IMG/VR virus record: IMGVR_UViG_3300028832_000129
Coordinates: 1-11,527 of that record
Source of the DNA: a virus
Lineage: Duplodnaviria; Heunggongvirae; Uroviricota; Caudoviricetes
DNA: 11,527 bases
Strand: one strand, 5' to 3'
Shown: in pieces, positions 1 through 5,572 of the stretch
How positions within the stretch are numbered: position 1 is the stretch's first letter
How the letters are laid out: each line of letters opens with the position of its first letter
The notes under the pieces: generated by a model
Told to the model about the DNA's origin: nothing
The model's database searches: none
What the model saw: the letters and a program-made list of their open reading frames with translations, nothing else
Translations under genes and position numbers: made by a program

Positions 1-684
1 GAAATCGAGATGGTCGTGGAGGAGCATCACGGTCTCGGCCACGTATACATGGCAATCAACGATACCGCGGACTACTTCTACCGTTACTGCTTCGACGAGT
101 CGGCCTACGTCGACTACATGCTCATCAGGCTCCAGCCCGGTGTAATCGAGTACCACGTGCCCGAGGAAGTGATGAACGTCGTTGAGCTGACGCCGTCTTA
201 CGGCAACACATTCAGCCCGATGATGGCATGGGACGTCGGCCCCGGTGAATCCCTAATCGGTGTCGGCGGTGCCGGCATGGGTGGTCTCGGCCAGTTCGAC
301 CTCGTTACTATGACCGGAGCCATGCGCTATCTGCAGGACGTGAAGAAGCTGGTGGGTACGCAGTACAACATCAAGCTGCACCCGATTGACCACCTCCTCC
401 GTGTGTTCCCGACCCCGAAGACCCCGAGGAACGCGATAGCGATGGTGTACACGAAGGCGAAGAAGTCCGAACTGTACAACAATGTCATCTTCCGCGACAT
501 GGCCGTGGCCAGGGCCCAGCAGCAGCTCGGCGATATCCTGAAGCGCGACGACTATGCCATTCCCGGTGGCGGCAAGATTAACGGTACGCTAATCTACACG
601 GACGCAACCGCCAAGTGGGACAAGCTGTTCGAGCTGATGAAGCAGGAAGCTCCGGGCACCTTCATGATGACGGACTTGAGTTAA
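1..684 (+). CDS. Neck/head-tail adaptor protein, T4 gp13-like (5'-truncated by the window edge)
   Basis: The frame is open from base 1 (GAA ATC GAG ATG..., EIEMVVEE), so ATG10 is probably internal. The N-terminal 'IEM...AINDTADYFYRYCFDE' resembles gp13 'INV...I..AL..Y.EYH.DG'. The C-terminal 'FRDMAVARAQQQLGDILKRDDYAIPGGGKINGTLIYTDATAKWDKL' matches the gp13 signature 'K.YA.A..K.QWG..L.K.....LPGG...NG..I...A..E...L'. Confidence 0.8.
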   Translation, partial: EIEMVVEEHHGLGHVYMAINDTADYFYRYCFDESAYVDYMLIRLQPGVIEYHVPEEVMNVVELTPSYGNTFSPMMAWDVGPGESLIGVGGAGMGGLGQFDLVTMTGAMRYLQDVKKLVGTQYNIKLHPIDHLLRVFPTPKTPRNAIAMVYTKAKKSELYNNVIFRDMAVARAQQQLGDILKRDDYAIPGGGKINGTLIYTDATAKWDKLFELMKQEAPGTFMMTDLS

Positions 685-686
685 CG

Positions 687-718
687 GAAAATCCCGGGAG
701 AAACCCGGGATTTCTTTT
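687..718. terminator. Bidirectional intrinsic terminator between convergent genes
   Basis: 10-bp perfect stem AAATCCCGGG (689-698) / CCCGGGATTT (704-713) with loop AGAAA. It is followed by TTTCTTTT on + and preceded by an A-run (T-run on -). It lies between the stop at 684 (+) and the stop at 717 (-). Confidence 0.85.
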
Positions 719-1388
719 ACGTGAGGTTCGATACGAGCAGGTTGAGCTCGTTGTGCTTTATGGCATTGTCCTTGGTAATCTGGACGATGCGTCCGATTTC
801 CCTGAATTTCTTTTGGATGGCGACATAGCAGAGGAACGTTGCCCTTGCGTCCGCCAGTGAACTATGGGCCTTTTCGTTGGTTACTCCGAGCCTGGCGCAC
901 ATGCTGCCCAGACTTCGTGTGGGAGGGTGGTCCCAGTCCGGGCAGACGATTGAGTTGTAGGCTGCAGACAGGGTCATCAGGTCTACCTGGACGTTGATGT
1001 CCAGCCTGTGGAACGCCGGGTCCGGGATGTACCTGTGGAGGAACCCGCGGTCGAAGGCATAGTTCTGCCCAAGAATGTGGAACCGTCCACCGGCCTGTTT
1101 TGCCTTGTCAAGAACAGCGCAGATATTGGCTGCAACGTCGGTGGCGAGGTAGCCGTCACGTTCGAGCGACTCGAGGTCGAGCTGGTTTGTACGGATTGCC
1201 TCCGGGTCGACGGCGACTCCCTGGAACTGGCTAGGTTTCAGGGTCCATTCGTTCTCGCTGACCGTGGTGTAGGTCAGCGTTGCCGGGTCAAGCGCATAGA
1301 CGCCGATGCCTACCGACAGCAGTGGGTTCTGGTCTGGGAAAAGGCCACCGGTTTCGGTGTCCACTGAAATGAAGGTCTGGATACTCAT
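717..1388 (-). CDS. DEDDh (DnaQ/RNase T superfamily) 3'-5' exonuclease
   Basis: All three Exo motifs are visible: ExoI 'SVDTETGGL', ExoII 'ILGQNYAFDRGFL', ExoIII 'HSSLADARAT' (H-x4-D). 223 aa standalone domain. DNA versus RNA substrate cannot be decided from sequence. Confidence 0.9.
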   Translation of the reverse strand: MSIQTFISVDTETGGLFPDQNPLLSVGIGVYALDPATLTYTTVSENEWTLKPSQFQGVAVDPEAIRTNQLDLESLERDGYLATDVAANICAVLDKAKQAGGRFHILGQNYAFDRGFLHRYIPDPAFHRLDINVQVDLMTLSAAYNSIVCPDWDHPPTRSLGSMCARLGVTNEKAHSSLADARATFLCYVAIQKKFREIGRIVQITKDNAIKHNELNLLVSNLT

Positions 1389-1393
1389 GTACC

Positions 1394-1404
1394 CAAATAT
1401 AGCA
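1394..1404 (-). promoter_or_regulatory. Putative host-RNAP promoter box (TGcTATATTtg) for the exonuclease gene
   Basis: Matches extended -10 TGnTATAAT with one mismatch, and also the TAnnTTTG box. No -35 hexamer is visible at 17-bp spacing. The hexamer ends 7 nt before ATG1388. Confidence 0.55.
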
Positions 1405-1412
1405 AATTACCA
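1394..1412. repeat. 19-bp direct repeat, copy 1 (CAAATATAGCAAATTACCA; minus strand TGGTAATTTGCTATATTTG)
   Basis: Exact match to 1891-1909; the flanking bases differ on both sides. Confidence 0.95.
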
Positions 1413-1862
1413 TTCCACTTCGCGGGACGTTGGGACATATTTTGCCGGACCGGGATTCACGTAGTTGCCAGGGCGGTTCCGGTCCTTCCAGGACGGTAGC
1501 AGGTCGTGGCTCGTCAGGTGGAACGACTTGCACTGCTGGCAGAAGTATACCGCCTTCTCGTGCCGGTTCCCGGTCTGCTTCACCCCGCACTTGTACAGGG
1601 CGTACTCGGCATCAACCTTCGACTTGTAGCAGATTTTGCCCGTGGGACATCCGGTATCCACCTGCTCGACCTTACCCTTGTTCTCTACAAGGGTAGTACG
1701 GAGCTTCTCCTCGGCGTTCCACTTGCGAATCTTCTCCTCGCGGGCGGGAACCACCTTCATCGTAAAGCAACGGTCGCAACAGATGTCGTTCTTGATTGGG
1801 TCGGCGTTCCGCCAGAAGTGCTTCAGCGGGAAGCCACATATTGAGCAAACTTTTAAATCCAT
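1407..1862 (-). CDS. Hypothetical 151-aa protein with two zinc-binding modules
   Basis: The start is placed at ATG1862 (MDLKVCSICG...) after an A-rich leader, not at 2408, which would overlap the gp14-like gene. Module 1 is C6xxC9...C28C29xxC32 followed by 'VVPAR'. Module 2 is 'CPTGKICY...AVYFCQQCKSFHLTS'. Confidence 0.8.
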   Translation of the reverse strand: MDLKVCSICGFPLKHFWRNADPIKNDICCDRCFTMKVVPAREEKIRKWNAEEKLRTTLVENKGKVEQVDTGCPTGKICYKSKVDAEYALYKCGVKQTGNRHEKAVYFCQQCKSFHLTSHDLLPSWKDRNRPGNYVNPGPAKYVPTSREVEW

Positions 1863-1890
1863 ATTTAATTTTCTTTTGAAAGTTCTATCA

Positions 1891-1901
1891 CAAATATAGC
1901 A
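1891..1901 (-). promoter_or_regulatory. Putative host-RNAP promoter box (TGcTATATTtg) for the zinc-finger gene
   Basis: Same box as at 1394-1404. The hexamer ends 30 nt upstream of ATG1862, inside an AT-rich intergenic island. Confidence 0.55.
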
Positions 1902-1909
1902 AATTACCA
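1891..1909. repeat. 19-bp direct repeat, copy 2
   Basis: Exact match to 1394-1412, offset 497 bp. Confidence 0.95.
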
Positions 1910-2920
1910 GGAACCCAGCAGTGCACCGCATGGCTGGTAGTTCGGGTCCCCGGATACGTCCTTGACACACTTGTCTACCTCGGGCGGCCTGAACAGCACG
2001 TCGTCCTTGAGCGCCTGCAGGGTGTCCTTGTCGAGGGTGAGCGGGTTCCCGGTGCTGTCCGCCAGCGTAGCCGTGGCATCCCCGTCGGTCGCCTTCCCGA
2101 GGGATGTCGAGCCGAACAGGTTGTCGATGAAGTGCTGCTGCAGCGGGTCGTCCTTGACGTTCTGGGAGACGTTCTGGCCGTTGTCGGTTGCCACCTCGAT
2201 GTATGCCTTCCACCAGTACTTGTGCCACATGTACTCGTAGTCGGGAAGCTCGTCGGTGATGGACGAAATCTGGTACAGAATGTTGTTGTATTCCAGCTTC
2301 ATGAAGTCGCCGGCCTTCGGGAATATCTGCGCGGCGGTGTAGCCGTGGTAGACGAACTGGGAATAGCCGCGCTGCGACCATTCGGGGTCGTGGAGGCCGG
2401 GGTCGCACAGAGGCTCTATGCCGGCATCCCGGAGGCTCCGGTAGTTCCTCTCCAGGAACAGTCCCATGTGGATGAAAACTTCGGTCTTGTCGGTGAACTG
2501 GATGCCGAAACGCTTGTAGATTTCGTTCTGCGGGGTGAACGTGATTTTAGCCTTGAGGTCGAATACGCGGTCGATTGAACGTGCGTTGTCTTCCTTGGTC
2601 AGCGGGTTCGCCGACGTGTCGAAGGTCGTCGTGTAGTAGAGGAACCTGTCGCCGTGGTTGCGAATCCAGTCGTAGGTAGTATCCTTGTACTTCTTCTGTG
2701 CATGGAACGCGTTCTCGTTGCGGAAGAAACTGCCATAGCCTAGACGGGTAGTCTGCTCGAAGTCCGGCTGGTTGTAGTGGGACAGCGGGGTACGGTCTAT
2801 GTATCCCTCGGCCTTGTCAGCCCATAGCGGCTTGGAGACGTTGGCCTGTACGCTGAACTCGGGAACCAGCACATGCCTGGCCCGTACGTAACCCTTGATG
2901 TCTAGCGGCAATGATGGCAC
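1904..2920 (-). CDS. Neck/head-completion protein, T4 gp14-like
   Basis: GTG start with AAGAGGT 6 nt upstream. Segments 'WIRNHGDRFLYY...NPLTKEDNARSIDRVFDL', 'YKRFGIQFTDKTEVFIHMGLF' and 'PKAGDFMKLEYNNILYQISSI' parallel gp14 'I.IYG.DVYY...D..FGED..S.F', 'SKFG.QI.DE.T......F' and 'P.EGDLIYFP..N.LFEI..V'. Confidence 0.75.
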   Translation of the reverse strand: MPSLPLDIKGYVRARHVLVPEFSVQANVSKPLWADKAEGYIDRTPLSHYNQPDFEQTTRLGYGSFFRNENAFHAQKKYKDTTYDWIRNHGDRFLYYTTTFDTSANPLTKEDNARSIDRVFDLKAKITFTPQNEIYKRFGIQFTDKTEVFIHMGLFLERNYRSLRDAGIEPLCDPGLHDPEWSQRGYSQFVYHGYTAAQIFPKAGDFMKLEYNNILYQISSITDELPDYEYMWHKYWWKAYIEVATDNGQNVSQNVKDDPLQQHFIDNLFGSTSLGKATDGDATATLADSTGNPLTLDKDTLQALKDDVLFRPPEVDKCVKDVSGDPNYQPCGALLGSW

Positions 2921-2926
2921 GTTTTT

Positions 2927-2933
2927 ACCTCTT
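2927..2933 (-). promoter_or_regulatory. Shine-Dalgarno site of the gp14-like gene
   Basis: AAGAGGT, 6 nt before GTG2920. Confidence 0.7.
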
Positions 2934-2937
2934 GGTG

Positions 2938-2947
2938 TAGTTTATAT
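2938..2947 (-). promoter_or_regulatory. Candidate phage late promoter ATATAAACTA (leftward)
   Basis: Identical to the copies at 2968-2977 and 10670-10679; 17 nt upstream of the gp14-like start; resembles the T4 late promoter TATAAATA. Confidence 0.65.
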
Positions 2948-2967
2948 GGCGACCCTGCCCCCGGGGG

Positions 2968-2977
2968 ATATAAACTA
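2968..2977 (+). promoter_or_regulatory. Candidate phage late promoter ATATAAACTA (rightward)
   Basis: 24 nt upstream of ATG3002 of the baseplate wedge gene. Confidence 0.65.
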
Positions 2978-2989
2978 CCGATAATCGAT

Positions 2990-2994
2990 GAGGA
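2990..2994 (+). promoter_or_regulatory. Shine-Dalgarno site of the gp6-like gene
   Basis: GAGGA, 7 nt before ATG3002. Confidence 0.7.
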
Positions 2995-3001
2995 TACCGA
3001 A

Positions 3002-5572
3002 ATGGCTTCTACCGCAGTCGCAAGAAAATACACAAATATCTCGTTTGATGACATCAAGCAGCACCTGATGGACATTGTCCGGGCCAAGGAAGGCCCTCTT
3101 GCCGACCTTGGCGACAGCGCCTACGGCAAGATGATGCTCGAGCTGTTCGCCGGCTACGGTGACCTGACCGCGAACTGGGTAGAATCCGCGTTCGAGAACT
3201 CCTGGCTGGAAACGGCGTATGCCAAGCCGCCAATCTATGCCGGCGCCCGTTCCCTCGGGTACAGCATCCGTCGCCCGGTCCCGGCAAAGTGCTCCATCGG
3301 TATCCGCATAGCCGAAATCAGGGAACACTCCACGTTGAAGGTGTTCATCCCCAAGGGGACCGTGTTCAGTATGTCCGGCGCTACCCTCACTTCGATGGCT
3401 GACATGGAATTCGACTATGACTATGACATGGACGTGAACCAGACGGGCCTCATGGAGCTGACCAGCGGCACCAACGTGCTCGCCGAGGGGCAAGCCAAGA
3501 AGGAAGTACTCATCTCGAACGGCCGCCAGAACCAGGTATTCTACATTACCGACAGGACTTTCTCCGACTATTTCGGCGACAACGACCCGAACTTCTCCGA
3601 CGACGGGAACGTGGCCCACCGCCCGGCATGCTTCACCAAGGTGACTTCCGACGCTACCCTGATTGACAACATCGACCCGGACGTGGTCATAGACGACAAG
3701 CTCTACTGGAGAATCTCCCGGAGGGGCCTGGAGGACCCTGGCCTTGACGAGACGCATGCCGAGGAGATGTCGGAAACGTCGGTTTCCCAGGGGAACTACA
3801 GCAACAACTATACCGTCCTGGTCGAGACGGCAAATGACGGCACCGTTTCGCTCAGGTTCGGCGACGGCCTGAAGTCGGCAATCCCGTTCGGCAACATAGA
3901 GGTGACCTATTTCTCCACAAAGGGCGAGGCCGGCAACATGCTCGGCGTGTTCGGGACCGCCCTGTCCACTGCCGGCAGCGGCATAACGATTACCACCAAG
4001 GACGGCCAGGAAACCGAGACCACCATCAACGACCTCAACATCTGCCTTACCTCGGATATCCGGGGAGGCCTCAATATCGAGTCCGCCGACTCAATCAAGA
4101 ACAACGCGTCTTCCATCTTCAACACGCTCGACCGTCTAGTGAACAGGGAGGCATACAAGATTTTCCTCCGCCGCTACGCAGATGTCAAGTACGCCTCGGC
4201 CTATGGTGAGGACGTGCTCAACACCAAGCTGCCCAACGGCGGAATCAACGTGAAGTACATGAACCAGGTCAGGTTTACCGCCCTCAAGGACCTCTACAGG
4301 AAGAAGGACGGGAAGTACTACCCGACCGGCGAGGACGAGTACCTGCTGGAAGGATACAAGGTGAACGGCCTGATGTATAACTGGCTCTACGATTTCCAGG
4401 ACCCGGCACAGCCTACTATTCCGGACGGTTCGCAGGTGTACGAGAATATCCGAAGGGACCTGCTCGCAACCCCCATCAGTGACACCGACGCCACGAGGAT
4501 TCTGGACATCGTGAAGAAGTATATTCCGTCGGTAAACCTGGACGAGAGCGTGTTCTCCGCATTCATGACCCCTTTGGACTTCGTGGTTACCGGGTCCGAG
4601 CTGTACAGCATCATGGTGGCGCTCAACCGCCGCGGAATGCTCACCGTCGGTGACGGGTTCCACAACTACGTATATCCTTCCGTGCACAACATGGAAATCA
4701 AGATGGACGTGGTCCTGTTCAAGGGAAACAACTTCACCGATATCCGCGAGCGAATCAAGAACATCGTGTACAAGTACCTGAAGGAGAATACCGAGTTCGG
4801 TACCCCGATTTACAGGTCCAAGATTGCGTCTCTCGTGCACAGCATGAAGGAAGTCGCCGGTGTCGACGTGTATTTCCGGCCGGCCGACAATGCGTTTACC
4901 GGAATCGACCTGTCCGCCTACGGGTGGATGGAGGATTCCACCTCGATGTTCTGCAACTGGGGAACCGCCCAGTTCAGCGGGATGAAGTACATGCTCCGCG
5001 TCGTAAGGAACGGCGTAGAGGAATACGTCGAGTGCGCCATGCGTGACCAGTCGGCCATGCAGAAGATGATTGCCGAGTACTACAACATGTACGTCGAGCC
5101 GTATGCGAACTCCGACAGTTCTCCGATTACCGACAGGCTCATCGACCGGTTCGTCGCGTTCATCTGGGACAAGGTGATGCAGGAAATCTACTATCCGCTG
5201 TCCGAACTGCTCGGCGAATCCTACAGTACCGGCGGAGAAGTCCTGAAGTACAAGGACATGCTCCAGAGCATCAAGACTTGGGACATGGGGAAGGACAGCC
5301 TGACGTTCAAGGGTTACGGCAGTATTAAGGAAATGTCCGAGGTCAACGGGTCCGTCCTGTTCGACTACATGCGCTACGCCATGGACTACATCAAGCTGGT
5401 TCGCCGGGTACTGTGCTCCAAGTCCACCGCTTCCCTGATTAACAAGGAAACCGGCAACATTACCGAATACAGCAACGACAACGAGATTGTGCAGTTCAAC
5501 ATACCGAACGAGCTAATCGAGCTTTCCGTCGAACAGGCAACCTCACTTCTTACCGGGACGGGCAATAACTGA
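3002..5572 (+). CDS. Baseplate wedge subunit, T4 gp6 / P2 gpJ-like
   Basis: Signatures: N-terminal 'ISFDDIKQHL...GKMMLELFAGYGDL...ENSWLETA...ARSLGY'; central 'LRFGDGLKSAIP..NIEVTYFSTKGEAGN'; 'GGLNIESADSIKNNA....NTLDRLVNREAYK' (the gp6 GG...ES..SI....P......RAVT..DY motif); C-terminal 'FGTPIYRSKIASLVHSMKEVAGV'. Confidence 0.88.
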   Translation: MASTAVARKYTNISFDDIKQHLMDIVRAKEGPLADLGDSAYGKMMLELFAGYGDLTANWVESAFENSWLETAYAKPPIYAGARSLGYSIRRPVPAKCSIGIRIAEIREHSTLKVFIPKGTVFSMSGATLTSMADMEFDYDYDMDVNQTGLMELTSGTNVLAEGQAKKEVLISNGRQNQVFYITDRTFSDYFGDNDPNFSDDGNVAHRPACFTKVTSDATLIDNIDPDVVIDDKLYWRISRRGLEDPGLDETHAEEMSETSVSQGNYSNNYTVLVETANDGTVSLRFGDGLKSAIPFGNIEVTYFSTKGEAGNMLGVFGTALSTAGSGITITTKDGQETETTINDLNICLTSDIRGGLNIESADSIKNNASSIFNTLDRLVNREAYKIFLRRYADVKYASAYGEDVLNTKLPNGGINVKYMNQVRFTALKDLYRKKDGKYYPTGEDEYLLEGYKVNGLMYNWLYDFQDPAQPTIPDGSQVYENIRRDLLATPISDTDATRILDIVKKYIPSVNLDESVFSAFMTPLDFVVTGSELYSIMVALNRRGMLTVGDGFHNYVYPSVHNMEIKMDVVLFKGNNFTDIRERIKNIVYKYLKENTEFGTPIYRSKIASLVHSMKEVAGVDVYFRPADNAFTGIDLSAYGWMEDSTSMFCNWGTAQFSGMKYMLRVVRNGVEEYVECAMRDQSAMQKMIAEYYNMYVEPYANSDSSPITDRLIDRFVAFIWDKVMQEIYYPLSELLGESYSTGGEVLKYKDMLQSIKTWDMGKDSLTFKGYGSIKEMSEVNGSVLFDYMRYAMDYIKLVRRVLCSKSTASLINKETGNITEYSNDNEIVQFNIPNELIELSVEQATSLLTGTGNN

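Noticed and set aside
717-1388. Exonuclease as a Cas-associated DEDDh or as host dnaQ
   Set aside because: No cas genes or array nearby, and the C-terminus does not look like the epsilon alpha-binding tail. The family is too broad to assign a gene symbol.
1394-1909. The 19-bp repeat pair as a mini CRISPR array, IS target-site duplication or integrase att pair
   Set aside because: Only two copies, 497 bp apart, with a gene between them. There are no terminal inverted repeats and no cas, transposase or integrase gene in the window. Kept as a promoter-cassette finding instead.
1863-2408. N-terminal extension of the 333-aa ORF (1407..2408), including an in-frame 'CYIC' just upstream of Met1862
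   Set aside because: It overlaps the well-supported gp14-like gene in another frame on the same strand and is Arg/Gly/Pro-rich shadow sequence. The CYIC is simply the translation of the promoter box TGCTATATTTGT.
615-2578. Plus-strand ORFs over the minus-strand genes (615..860, 1008..1367, 1430..1696, 1506..1844, 1636..1899, 1962..2240, 2132..2578)
   Set aside because: Antisense shadows of the exonuclease, zinc-finger and gp14-like genes. 615..860 would also run through the terminator hairpin.
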